A stretch of 64,000 nt of DNA, taken from NCBI RefSeq assembly GCF_009834535.1, contig NC_045707.1:56484001-56548000 (forward strand). Direction: 5' to 3'. The translations under genes and the position numbers were made by a program. The notes below the pieces were generated by a model, which searched no databases, was not told the origin of the DNA, and saw only the letters and a list, made by a program, of their open reading frames with translations. Below are positions 40,623 to 53,595 of the stretch, piece after piece (positions within the stretch are counted from its first letter, which is position 1; each line of letters opens with the position of its first letter). The DNA comes from Camelus ferus (lineage: Eukaryota).

Positions 40623-43600
40623 ATAAGAAAACATAATATTTTTAATGAAATAGGTTATTAACTAAGATAGGAAAAAGCACTGTCTTCCAATAATTTCTGT
40701 TTTGGTTAGCAAAAATCTCTAAGATAAGGAAGTATTGGGGACTTGGACTGGAGTGAAAGTATATGAAGTTTAATGTATGTTTCTGAATACATGAATAGAT
40801 GAATGAATGAATGAATGAATGGTTACCAAACTGAATACCAAGGATTTCTATAGTGTGTTATAGTTCAAAAAGCACATGTATTATCTTATTTTACTTCATA
40901 ACTTTGCATCATAGAAATCATTATTCCCATTTTTAGAGAAACTACTCAAAATAGTTTTGACCTGCCACATTTATAAAAAAATCAGGTTTGCATAGTTTTG
41001 ATCCTAGGATAAGTGTTCATTTTGCCAAACACAACTCATCTCATACGATGGAGTAACCAGTAAAGAAAAAATAGTACGAGAGACTAAGGAAATCGAATAT
41101 ATAAAAACCTGTAGCATTCTTTCAGAGAATGGAGGCTGATAACATACGATACTTGTTGCATCAAGAATGACACTCAGGAGAAAATGTGCTCTGTGAAATA
41201 GGATGCAAAAATATTTGGAAATCAAAACAAAGCCACACAGATAGAGAGTTTAGAAAAGTGATATAAGTAGGAGACTAGAGAAACAAACAGCTTTACTGGA
41301 GCTCTAAAAACAGTAAGTGTGTTCTATTATAGGAAATCTAGATTTCTGGGAAAACCAATGCAACAGTGTAATAAATTCCCTGAGTGCCACTGATTTCAAG
41401 AATCCAGTATAGTTCCTGGAAAGAACCTATGGCTGATTGTTGAATCTCATCTGAGGGTTGTAGACCTAGCATAATCCACTGGGAGATGTGTTCATTGAGA
41501 ATGGGATGTAACAGACAGTTTGCCCCTCCTTCATCTAATCTGCTGAATGCTAGTTGTCCCTGCTAATATATAAGGAGGTGAGTGATATTTCCATAAGAGG
41601 GATCCCTCAAATTTTAAAGAACTGTACAAAGTGATTTTGAACAGAAAACTGAAGTACTTCAAGGAAAAGTGATATTTTTAAGTGAATTCAAATATTACAA
41701 GTGGTACTGAAAAAGGGCATTTGGAGTCTGAATCATAACATCTTTGGCTAAGAAATGAGCTTTTTGCCTGAAGACTACATAACTTGTCCAAAAATGAACT
41801 AAAGTGAATAGTGAGGAGAGATTCAAATTCTAAGATAAAGGAACAAAATTGAATATAGAACTCTATAGATAATAGAAATACTGCGTATTAGTAAACATAA
41901 ACAATTATTTAGAAGAGGCTAAGAAATAAAATCAATCGTCTCACATGTCTATCATATACCAATTTTCATCTTATAGGCAATAAACTAAATGAGATTATTG
42001 CATAAAGTAGTAAAGTTTAACCTCAGTGAAGTCATAAAGAATTATTGGAATAGATTCACAAAGGAAATAAGCACTTAGAGCTAGTAAAAAAGCACACACA
42101 AATCAGGAGAGAACGAGCAGTAACTAACATCAGGAAGACAGGCATGCTAATGTATGCTGGATTGCTGAGTGAATTGGGGCTGTAACTGATACTTAGATGT
42201 GACTATATTCTCCTCCTAGTGGCAGTATATTTTTTAACATCCATTCATCTTTATGGGGTTAAAAGCCTCTTGAAGAAAACAACATCAACTACAGAAAAAT
42301 GAAACAAATTCAAATCAAATAAGCCTTGACTTTTTCTGTACTTGGGGTGTTGGCTAAATAGGCATTACTGGTGAACTGAGGTAGCAGGAGGCATCAGAAG
42401 CTAAATTGTAATGGTGTAGGGGGTGGGAATGGAATGTCTGGCACCTGACAAAGACTTCTCTTAAAGGAAAGAAAAATTCTGAGCATCAGAAGAGAGCAAT
42501 AGCTTTGACTATAATTAGGAACGGGAAGAAAAGTGAGTCTGTAACTCACTTTCTCCCATTTCCCTCAAGGCAGGCAATTTTGACTGCTCTAGGTCTCCTC
42601 GAGAATATTCTGGTGAAATTTACCAGCTAGAATATAAATGGAGGTCTTTCAGGAGCTGCTGTGTACCAACCAGGTATCCTTTTAGCAGATAATTTCTGCT
42701 TTTTTAGGATTGCTTATTATAAATAAACCTATAATGGATTTATGAGACACAACTGCACTGGAAAATAGAAATTAACCAGATAATCTCTGTAGCTGCATGA
42801 ATAGTAAAATATAAGACCTGAGCAAACCCCAAACTAAGTATCTTCTCTCTGAAATTTGTAACAGTCATTGTTAACGCTGGTCACTCTAATGTAAAACACA
42901 TTTCAGAGTATAAGCGATTTTAAGAAGGTGGGTCTGATGGGGTTTGGGCATCCTAGATTGCGGCTCCTTTTTTGTGACCTTTGTGAATCAGGAGTAAAGC
43001 TCGGTGCTGGGTAAGACTTGTTCTATGTGAATCTGATTGAGAATTGAACCCTTTGGAGGAAGGCAGTGCGATTACTTGAACTAAAGATGAACGGAGGCTC
43101 TATAAACCAGGCATGTGGGATTAATGACCTAGCAAAATCTAAGTCTCTATGATTTAATGTTACAGTCACTTCAAATAAGGGAGCATCTGTGAGAAGGTAA
43201 AAGGAGAGACGTGCTGAAGTAACATCAATACCACCTCAGAGCCAAATACGTAAATGCTTCTTCTTTATAATCCTTACATTTGAAGGTGACAGACTAGCAG
43301 ATGGAGGGAATGGATGATGCATTCTTGACACAAACTACAGAGCTGGCACAGAGGCAAAATGAGGGCCTTTCTGGACATCTGCTGGAAGTCTCAGTTGGCT
43401 AAAATCAGAGTATCTGACAAGTTCTTGACTTGCCTTGCTGGTGACTTCATCTCCCAAAAGGCAAAGAAAGCAAGAACAGAAACTGCTATTCTAATTTTGA
43501 TCCTCTTCTCAAAAGAATTGGTGGGATAGAAGAGATGGAAAGCCTTGAGGAAAAGAAACATTATTTTGGAAGTGAGAGTGCCACGAAGCCATGAAGGGAA

Positions 43601-43710
43601 GGCTGAACCTATACTGACCTGGTCTAGATACTGTGAAGGCCCACTCCATAAAAGTCAGGGATAGGCTCACTTCCATGAGCTAGAGCTCTGCAAGGGAAGA
43701 GAGTTGTGAG

Positions 43711-44320
43711 CGTATTGGTTTTCTATTGCTGCTATAACGAAATTACCACATAATTTATGGGTTAAAACAATGCCCATTTATTATCTCACAGGTTTGAAGG
43801 TTTGAAGCCTGGGCACAGTGTGGCTAGCTGGATTCTCTGCTCAAAAGGTCAAAATTAATATGATGTCTGGGCTGGAGTCTTATCTGGAGACTCTGGGGAA
43901 ATTTTCACTTCTCAGCTCATACAGGTTGTCTACCAATTCATTTCCTTGAGGTTATATATAGGACTAAAGTTTGTATTTTTTTTGCTGACTGTGAGCCAGA
44001 GGCTAGTCTTTGCTTTTATAGGTTGCTTGTGTTCCTTCTTCTGCTATTCATGTGGCTCCTTTCAGTAACAGCAGATTGAGTCCTTCTCACATTTTAAATC
44101 TCTCTGACTTCTCCTTCTGCTGCATTTTTCTGACTCCATCTGGAGAAAATTATCTGCTTTTAAAGGCTCACGTAATTAGATTGGATGCACATGGATCATC
44201 CAGGGTACTCACCCTTTCTTAAGGTTTGTAACTTTAATTATGTCTACAAAGTCCCATTTTTCATGTAAATGGGAAGGGATTAGTGTATAGACATCTTTGG
44301 GGGCCATTCTATACATTACA
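43711..44320 (-). mobile_element. MaLR solo LTR (MLT1E/F-like)
   Basis: cgtattggttttctattgctgctataac...catctttgggggccattctatacattaca; TSD gtgag/gtgaa. Confidence 0.8.
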
Positions 44321-44839
44321 GTGAAAATTTTCTTGATAAGATTTAAATTATACACAGGATCAAAGTAAGGCATGAAAAGTACAGGTAAAATTTCCCTTGA
44401 GTTCAAATTTTTAAAGAATATATATACAAAGTTATTAGGAACTTAAATTTTAAGAATAGTGTCAGGAAGACCAATACTCTAAATGAGCTGATACAACTGA
44501 AAGGTTAAAAAAAATACTCACATGACTATTACATTTACATTTTCATTAAGAAGATAGAGAATTTTAGGCTTGGAGCAAGCTAAAAGAAGAATATTAATGA
44601 ATATCCAAGAGATAAGGGAACTTTTCCTTTAAGATAAATGATCTTCATACTGGAAACAAATTTATTCAGGAAATGTAAGAACTAATTGTTTTAGCTGCCG
44701 AAATAAGTTGTGTCTTGGCCTTCTCTAGCTGAATGATATGCTAGGGCAGTGAGAGGATTTATAGAAAAAAGCACCAAACACAATCTTTGAGGAATCATAT
44801 TAAATGAGAGAGAGTCATGAAATACGAAGTAGAAAAGCA

Positions 44840-44910
44840 TTGACTCTTTCCTGTTCTGTTTAGTATTTTCAACAATGGCTTATACAAGGATACAGAAAAG
44901 TTTGCTCAGA
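44840..44910 (+). mobile_element. Possible L3/CR1 RT relic
   Basis: Translates PVLFSIFNNGLYKDTE, similar to CR1 PVLFNIFINDLD. Confidence 0.35.
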
Positions 44911-45419
44911 AGTATCCTGTTCTTTAATCAGAAAGGGGAAAGTTAACACACATTAAAACTTCCCAGGATTTGATTTGAATGTTTATTATTGGCTACTAAC
45001 TAGGAATACCCATTCAAATGTTATAAATTGGTGTTGACACAAATGGCCAGATAATATTCTGAAAAAGATAAGGGAGGACTGACAGTCTGAAGACTCTTTG
45101 TGTGTGTGTTAAACAGAAATAAAAGTATGATATATAACAAGTTCTCATATCAATTTCCAGTTTTTCCACATTAAGGAACTGAAAACCCTTAAGCAGAATG
45201 GAAAAATAAATTTTCTTTGGTCTGACCTAAAATATTTTTATTTCAGAATTTGGCAATTAAAAAATGTGTCATGTTCCTCTTGTCTTGAAGAATTTGTACT
45301 TGCTAACACTTTTTTAAAATTTCAAATTGTAAATTAAAATAATGGATTCATTTTTTAACAAGTGATTTTTGAATACCTATCATAGATTAGAGCTGGCTCC
45401 AGGCAGAGTTCTACTCTTT

Positions 45420-46900
45420 CCTGCATTTCTGTTTGTTTATGGAATCTATTTCCTTCTTCCTGAAACGCATTACTAAAGATAATTTCCTCGAGTGAGGATC
45501 TGTGGAAGGTATAATTCCTCAATTCTTATATGTCTGAAAATGCCTCTATTTCACAAGCACTCTTAGATGATAGTTTAGCTAGGTATAAAATTCTAGGTTA
45601 ATTGATTTTCAGACATTGAAAGGTATACCTTTGTCTAATGAATTTTTTTTGCTGTTGTTGTTGAGAGTTCTGTCATCTACTAATTTTTATTATTTTACTT
45701 ATTTTATTGAAAATCTGTTTTCTCCCTTTGGTTGCTTCTCATTGTCTTTAGCATTTTGAAGTTTCATTATGATGTGTCAAAGTGTGTATTTGGTTTTATT
45801 TCATTTTCCTTGAATTATTTTTATATTTCTTGATTGATAATTTTATACCCTTTATCAGTTCTTTATATTTGTTAGCTATTGTTTTTCCTTGAAAATTTGT
45901 CTCTCCCCCACTCTCTCTACTTTTTATAATGTATGCCTTTACATTCTGTCTTTTAAGTCCTTAATCTCTTTTTAGAAAACTTTTTATCACTGCCTGCTAC
46001 ATTTCAGATAATTTCTTCAGTTCTAACTTCCATTTTACTAATTATCTCTTTTTTCTTCTGGTTTTATTGAGATATAACTGACATACAGCACTGTGTAAGT
46101 TTAAGGTATACAGCATAATGATTTGATATACATATATCACGAAGTGATTATCACAATAAGCTCAGTGAACATTCATCCTCTCATATAGATACAAAATTAA
46201 AGAAATATAAAAAATGTTTTTTTTCTTGTGATAAGAACTCTTAGGATTTACTCTTAACAACTTTCATATTCAATAATTCATACATTATATTTATCAGTTG
46301 TACAATACACCCCTAGTACTTATTTATCTTATAACTGGAAATTTATACCTTTTGACTACCTTTATCCAATTCCCCCACTCTATCCTCCACCTCAGGTAAC
46401 CACAGATCTGATCTTTTTTTTGTAAGAGTTTGTTTGTTTTTGAAGTATAACTGACCTAAAACAGTATGTTGGCTTCTGTTACCCAACACAGTGATTTGAT
46501 ATTTCTATACAACTAATTATCTCTTGAGCAACTGGTCTACTGTTTCAACAAGCCACTGAAGTCTATTTTTATTTCAATGAATAGATTTTCAAATTCTATA
46601 ACTTCTTTGACTTCTTTTCTAAAGTTACCTGGTTTTGCTTTTTATAGATTTATTTCTCTTATTTTCAATTTTATCTATATATTTTAAAAATATCTATCTG
46701 ATAATTTTTAACTAAAGAGTATATCATCTAAAATTCACAAGTCTAATTACCATATGTGTTGCTTCCACTGACTCTCATTCACAATGTTTTGTTTCCACCT
46801 ATATTATAGAAGTTTGTATATTATACTTATATTTATGACAGATTTATCTGTGGGAATCTTATGGGACTCAACTGAATATATTTGCTTCTATTGTTTATAT
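45420..46900 (-). mobile_element. Old L1ME-like region, split by a younger L1
   Basis: gatagtttagctaggtataaaattctaggtt; ttttgaagtttcattatgatgtgtc. Confidence 0.55.
46051..46511 (-). mobile_element. L1 3'UTR insertion with exact TSD
   Basis: ttttattgagatataactgacatacagcactgtgtaagtttaaggtatacagc; exact 14-bp TSD actaattatctctt at 46037-46050 and 46512-46525. Confidence 0.9.
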
Positions 46901-47807
46901 ATATATAATTCATACCCTGAACTTATATGATGGCAGGACTTTGGAAAATTTAGGGGGAAACTTATTTACTTCTATCAAGATTCTAGATTGGACAACTTTT
47001 TACTTGTTAGGAATTTAATCATCTTCTGGGTGTGAAATAAAACTGGTTGTAGTGGTGGTGCTCAGCCTTTCGGTCTGCCAGGGTCTGTAAAGAAGTTCCG
47101 AGGATTTTCTTACCTGCCCTAACTGTGTAGAAACCTTCAAGACTGTGAGAAAAATCTGGGTTTATGTTCAGATTTAGAGACTTCCCACCAGAAGAGCTAA
47201 GAAGTGAATTTAGAGGGGTTGGTTTCCTTGTAGGACTTCCATTTTTTTTTTATCTACTTAAAATAAGCACTCTCGAAGGTACAAAGATTACAGACAACAT
47301 AAGTGAAATATTGTGAAGCACGCAGAAAAATGCTAGTATTTCTTTTATTCTTAAGTTATGTAAATTGTATAACAAGGAGAAAAATGTTGGATATTTAATT
47401 TATATGTAAGACTCTAACTCATATTAATAAAAATATGCTGAGACTTATTCATATTGTATCTCTCCTTGGAAAATCTTTGAAGACTAAGATTATTCTTTCA
47501 TGCATACGTAAAACCCTCACTTTCTGGCATCTTTTATCTCAAAATAACAACTACTGTTTGAGAAAATGTATAATTCCTTTGTAGCTAAATGCTAGAAACA
47601 TCTCTGCAGAGGTTTGGCATATTCTGGAAGCAAAAAAAAAAGTCTATGTAATCTTATTTGAAATTGAGGTGAAAATAACCAAAATTATTTTAAATTAAAC
47701 ATAATTCTTTTCAATGTTTTTGTACTTAAAATGTCACTAGTATATAATGACATACAACTGATATCTTAAAATGTTGGCCACATGTTTCTCACTTTACATG
47801 AGACTGC

Positions 47808-48542
47808 ATTAGGATGGCAACTGTCAGTAGGATCTTCTGACATAAATTGAGGAATCTGATCATTTCCATTGTAGTCCCAGCTACCCATGAAGATTCTGTC
47901 AACTTCAATAATAAGTGCAAAAGTGTCCTCACCAGAGCATGTCATGATTTTTTATCACAAATATTCAACTGAACATTAACATCATGCCAACTGCCATGAT
48001 ATGGTTGATATTAGAGAGTCTACTTTGTTTCATTTTCTAAGGAAAATAGATGAGTTCCACCATGAAGAATGCATAGCTGGCTAATGACTAACAGACATAG
48101 CAATTCCTCATCTACTAATTTAAAGCCACTGTTTGAATAATATAGCTTTAAAAAATTCCCCAAATGCCTTCCTTACTTAGAAATCTTGGAACAGCAGCAA
48201 TGGTCTCTATGCTTGTGATTGTTATAATGATTATCACTTTCAGGTTTCATTAATCTGGAATGGAGAGCACTTTTTGGCTAATGGGATTTGTTTCTATTGT
48301 CTCACATCAGACCTGTGAAAAATATCAGTACACCACGCACGAATTATCTGTAAAGGTGAAATATGCTCAAAAAGTGAAGGAGAATCTTCTTTGGCTCTTT
48401 CTGTCTGCTTTTCTTGTTGCAGTTGAATTTTGATAACCAGAAGCCTCTACATTCTAAATGTTTCCAACTGCCAGTTTCTCCACACTGCCCTCTTTTTTTT
48501 TTTTCTTGAAATTGTATTAGGATGGCAACTGTCAGTAGGATC
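47808..48542. repeat. Exact 27-bp dispersed direct repeat
   Basis: attaggatggcaactgtcagtaggatc at 47808-47834 and 48516-48542. Confidence 0.95.
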
Positions 48543-49422
48543 AACTGGTTGTAGCATCTTAGACTTTTAGTTTAGTTGTGCTCATGTGAGCTATTTTGAT
48601 ATTGTGTACATCTATTATGAACTATTAATGTAGAGTGGAAAGCAGTGATCTCACTAACAGATCTTTCTTTTTGAGTTCTATTGCTATTAGATGCAGTAAG
48701 TGTGGGTGTGTGTGGGAGGGGACAAAGAAGAAAGAAAACTACAATTATTGACACCATTTTTCTAGAATAATTTCATCAATTCAACCCAATGCATATTGTT
48801 AGACATGCTTACTGTTAAAGATATATGGACAGTTACAAAAAAGTAGTAACATCTAAGTGAATAACAAAAATTAGTGTCTACTTAAAGCAGATTAGTAGAT
48901 GAAAAGTTCTAAGTAGGTATTTGTATGCTACATGTCTTTTATTTTTAGAAAAATTTCACCACTATTTTAGGCCACTCATCACTGAAATAAGCAAGATTAC
49001 AATGCAGCTATAGTAATCGTGTTTAGGTTTAACATATATTAATGTTTAATTTGGAAAAATTTTAGAATTATGATTGCTTGTATAAATTTGGTATTGATGT
49101 GTGTGATAAGAATTTGGAAGCTTTCTGTCTTCATGATTCTTCAGTTGTATCTGCACACATTTAACATTACCCTGATGACATCTCTGCTCCATCTCTAAGC
49201 TTCTTAAGGATATTTAAGAAGCATTAAAGCAGTAGCTTAGCATCCAACTACTTTTGCTGTTAGTCATGCTCTAATCTTTGCCCCAGAGCCAGTATCTGTG
49301 CTCTTGCCTCAAGTTTATCTTTACTGAGTGTGTCGCTGCCACATTTTTTGCCCCAATCTCTTTCATGATAAATTTAACACAGATATTATACTAATTTTCT
49401 GGTTACAGGACATTTTGGTCCC

Positions 49423-49815
49423 CGTATTAGTTTGCCGGAGCTGTCATAACAAACCACCACAGACTGGGTGGCTTAAACAACAGAAATGTATTTTCTCACA
49501 GTTCTGCAGGCCGTAAGTTCAAGATCAAAATGTTGGCAGGGCTGGTTTCTTCTGAGGCCTCTTTCTTTAGCATGTAGATGGTTGTCTTTTCCTTACATCT
49601 TCACATGGTCTTTCTTCTGTACTGTGTTCTGTACATGTTTCTGTTTCTATTTTCTTATAAGGATGATGATCATATTGTGTCAGAGCCCATCCTAACGACT
49701 TCATTTTAACTTCATTACCTCTTTAAAGACCCTATCCCCAAACACAGTCACATTCAGAGGTAACTCAGGTTTAGGAATTCAACTCGGGGAAACAGACATA
49801 ATTCAGCCTATAAAA
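49423..49815 (-). mobile_element. MaLR solo LTR (MLT1A-like)
   Basis: ccacagactgggtggcttaaacaacagaaatgtattttctcacagttctg; exact 5-bp TSD gtccc at 49418 and 49816. Confidence 0.9.
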
Positions 49816-50044
49816 GTCCCCATCTTTTCTTCTTGTTACAATAGCAACAATTATTATTTTCATAGCTAACATTCACTGAGTGCTTATTATATGCCAGGCA
49901 CTATTCAACTGCTTCACATCTACAGTGCCATAAAGACTAGAGCTCTGACCCCACATCTCAGATCTCCAACCCTGTGACATGAGTCTTGCCACCCTCTGCC
50001 AGATTCTCTGATATTAACTGGTTGATACCTGACTTTGCAGAGGC

Positions 50045-50265
50045 AGAGGTTGCCTAGTGGTTATGAGTGTGAGCTCTAGAGCTGGGCAGCAGGGATCTTA
50101 ATTGTGGCCCTGCCCTTTATTGGCTGATTGACCTGGACAAGTTACAAACTTCACTGTATTCCACTTTCCTCATCTGTGCAAAGAAGGGAGTGGTACTAGG
50201 TAGAGAGTTGTTGATGATTAAATAAATTAGTACAAGTAAAGCACTTAGAATTTTTCTGGGAGCAT
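50045..50265 (+). mobile_element. MIR relic
   Basis: gcctagtggttatgagtgtgagctctagagc...tttcctcatctgt...gtaaagcacttagaa. Confidence 0.75.
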
Positions 50266-51408
50266 GGTCTGTGATGAAACACTGAGATTAATGTACCCTG
50301 CAATAATGACATTTTGGATGGAACGTGGTTGGTAATCAGCTCCCATTCTCTGCAGTAGCCTTACCACAGTCATTTCATTAATTTCAGGCATTGTAACTTC
50401 ACATTGAATAGGCTACATTCTGCAGATTTCACATATGGTATTATGGTGGAGTTTCATGGTACTTGTTATATTTTAACTCTTATTACTATTTAATTTTTCC
50501 TGCCACCAGGATTTCTCCATCTGTTTCTACACTTGCCTTATGACATCTGTTATTACCTCTTACGTAGGTTACACCTGCCTGAATTGCCACTCAACTGTTA
50601 CTATTTGAATGCTATGCCAGCCTGACTGTGCCGCTGACTGCTGCCTGTAATAGGTTTACCCTGCTCCATTGAATATGTCTAATTCCTCACTTGGTTTGGT
50701 CATTCCAGTGCCTATTTTCCATACCTGAAATAAGGCATGAGTCCTTAAGATTCACAATCTGCTGCAAATAATTTTGCTGTGTTTAGACCCAAATAACCAG
50801 TAGGTGACTGTGTTCACTGGGGTGATAAAATTAGTTTACACCAGTTACTCAGCAATGCATGTCTTCAAAGCCTCTACCCTCTATCAATGTCTCTTCCAAC
50901 AGTTAGCTGTCAATAAAACTCTTGGTTGCCACATGCAAGACGTTGTGGGCACAGTGGTAGTAAATGTGGAAGGTGTTATATTACATGGCTTAAGTCTATT
51001 ACCTTTGGAGTTATACTGATGGGTCTGAGTACAGCTCCACTATTTACTAGCCTGATGATTTTGACCTCTGTTTCCTCATTTGTAAAGTTAGGATATTTGG
51101 ACCTGTGAAGTGGATGAAGTAAAATAATTGACTAAACAATTATATGTGCCAAGTGCTCTACAAACATTATCTTATTTGATACCCATAACAATTTTCTGTC
51201 TTAAATATTATAATCATTCTTGTTTTAGAGAGATACTATGATTCAACCAGAGTATTTTATGCCTTTCTTTCTACACTCTCCTGCTGTTTTCTTGTAAAAT
51301 ATCATATTATTTGGATGTTCAGATCTTATTTATGAGTTTCCCAGTGAGAGTCTGTCATGTTCTGTATCATGCTAAAACCAGCTCTTACCCCTATAATTAT
51401 GTACTACA

Positions 51409-52907
51409 GAACAACTATACAGCAGTCAATCGGACGACTTAGAAGAAATAGACAAGTTTCTAGAAACATACAGTCCACCAAAACTGAATCAAGAAGAAAC
51501 AGATCATCTGAACAGCCCAATCACTAGAAATGAAATAGAATCAGCAATAAAAAATCTTCCTGAAAACAAAAATCCAGGACCAGATGGCTTCACTGAGGAA
51601 TTCTATCAAACATACAAAAAAGAGTTCACGCTGATCCTTCTCACACTCCTCCAAAAGACTGAAGAAGAAGGAATACTTCTAAATTCATTCTATGAAGCTT
51701 CCATCATCCCGATACCAAAGCCAGACAAAGACACTACCAAAAAAGAAAACTATAGGCCAATATTATTGATGAAAATAGATGGAAAAATCCTTAACAAGAT
51801 ATTAGCAAACAGAATCCAACAACACATAAAAAAGATTATACACTATAATCAAGTTGGGTTCATCCCAGGGACACAAGGATGGTTTAACATACACAAATCA
51901 ATCAACGTGATACACCACATCAACAAGAGAAAGGACAAAAATCACATGATCATCTCAATAGATGCAAAAAAAGCACTTGATAAAATTCAACACCCATTAA
52001 TGTTAAAAATGCCAGAGGGAACATATCTCAACGTAATAAAAGCTATTTATGACAAACTTACAGCCAGAATAATATTCAATGGTGAAAAGTTGAAAGCCTT
52101 CATTTAAAAGTCTACAAATGATAACTGCTGGAGTGGGTGTGGAGAAAAGGGAACCCTCCTACACTGCTGGTGGGAATGCAGTTTGGTGCAGCCACTATGG
52201 AAAACAGTATGGAGATTCCTCAAAAGACTAGGAATAGACTTACCATATGACCCAGGAATCCCGCTCCTGGGCTTACATCCAGAAGGAACTCTACTTCGGG
52301 ATGACACCTGCACCCCAATGTTCATAGCAGCATTATTTACAATAGCCAAGTCATGGAAACAGCCTAAATGTCCACCAACGGATGACTGGATAAAGAACAT
52401 GTGGTATATTTATACAACGGAATACTACTCAGCCACAAGAAAGAATAAAATAATGCCATTTGCAGCAACATGGATGGACCTGGAGACTGTCATCCTAAGT
52501 GAAGCAAGCCAGAAAGAGAAAGAAAAATACCATATGAGATCACTCATATGTGGAATCTGAAAAAAAAAAAAAAAAAAAAAAAGACTAACAAACTTATTTA
52601 CAAAACAGAAACAGACTCACAGACCTAGAAAACAGACTTATGGTTACCAGGGGGAAAGGGGGTGGGAAGGGATAAATTGGAGGTTTGGTATTTGCAGATA
52701 CTAACCACTATACATAAACTAGATAAACAACAAGTTTATAATGTATAGCACAGGGAACTATATTCAATATCTTATAGTAACTAATGGTGAAAAAGAATAT
52801 GAAAACAAATATATGTATGCTCACATATGACTGAATCATTATGCTGTACACCAGAAATTGACACAACAGTGTAAACTGACTATATTTCACTAAATATATA
52901 TACACAA
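51409..52907 (+). mobile_element. 5'-truncated L1 with internal deletion of the RT core
   Basis: One frame reads EQLY...PGPDGFT...NYRPI...[10 protein letters not shown]...[13 protein letters not shown]...GEKLKAF, then I*KSTNDNCW...LLHCWWEC...ICGI*; followed by 3'UTR; degenerate TSD at 51395-51408 and 52908-52921. Confidence 0.95.
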
Positions 52908-53104
52908 AAATACATACTACATATTTTATGAATAAGTAAATTAATACATTTTCTGAAAGTGAATTTATAACAAAGATTATTACATGGGGATCTGTCATGG
53001 CATTTAGAAAGAATTATATATTTTTTTACTTTTCTAACAGAACAGTCATATTTGGGAAGGTATTGAAATCCCATGAATAAGAAAGGTGATAGCAAAAGAC
53101 ACTG

Positions 53105-53277
53105 CAAAAGATCCTTGTTTTCAATAGAGGTCCCTTCCCTTGCCATGGGGGGGCAGTGCGGAGACTTGCACATGGCTCTCCATGGTTGCAGGCCCTGAAC
53201 TGCAATTTTCTGCTGATCCCAAATAAACCCATCTTTGCCAGAGAAATACCTGGAAATCTATTTATTTTGGTACAACA
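53105..53277 (+). mobile_element. ERV LTR 3' part (family uncertain)
   Basis: ctgctgatcccaaataaacccatctttg (poly(A) signal) and terminal ...tacaaca. Confidence 0.5.
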
Positions 53278-53384
53278 ATGACCAGAACAATTAAGTTTCT
53301 CAAATTAACATAATAAACATATAATATAATAAACATAAAACAAAAGCTTGACTTCTTGAAGTTTATTCATTTGTTTACTCTGCT

Positions 53385-53595
53385 TTCTCCTTGACTCATT
53401 CATCTTCATAGCAATTACCACCACCTAATCTATTATATATTTATTGTTTTATTGGAGTATTGTCCACTCACTAGGATATGAACTCCATGAGAGGAAGACT
53501 CTTTTTGTAATATATATTCTAAACCCAGATCTTAGAAGAGCCCCAGATTTATATTAGGTACTTTATAAATATTTACTGAGTGACTGAATGAATAG
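53385..53595 (+). mobile_element. L2 3' end
   Basis: ctaggatatgaactccatgagagga...ataaatatttactgagtgactgaatgaa. Confidence 0.7.

Noticed and set aside
46430..46511. Second L1 3'-end-like segment inside the 46051-46511 insertion
   Set aside because: It lies within the same exact TSD and, from recall, is part of this L1 subfamily's composite 3'UTR rather than a new event.
47808..48542. CRISPR-like repeat
   Set aside because: Only two copies 708 bp apart in mammalian DNA, with no array or cas genes.
49199..49222. 9-bp inverted repeat gcttcttaa/ttaagaagc
   Set aside because: Short and AT-rich; expected by chance in 64 kb.
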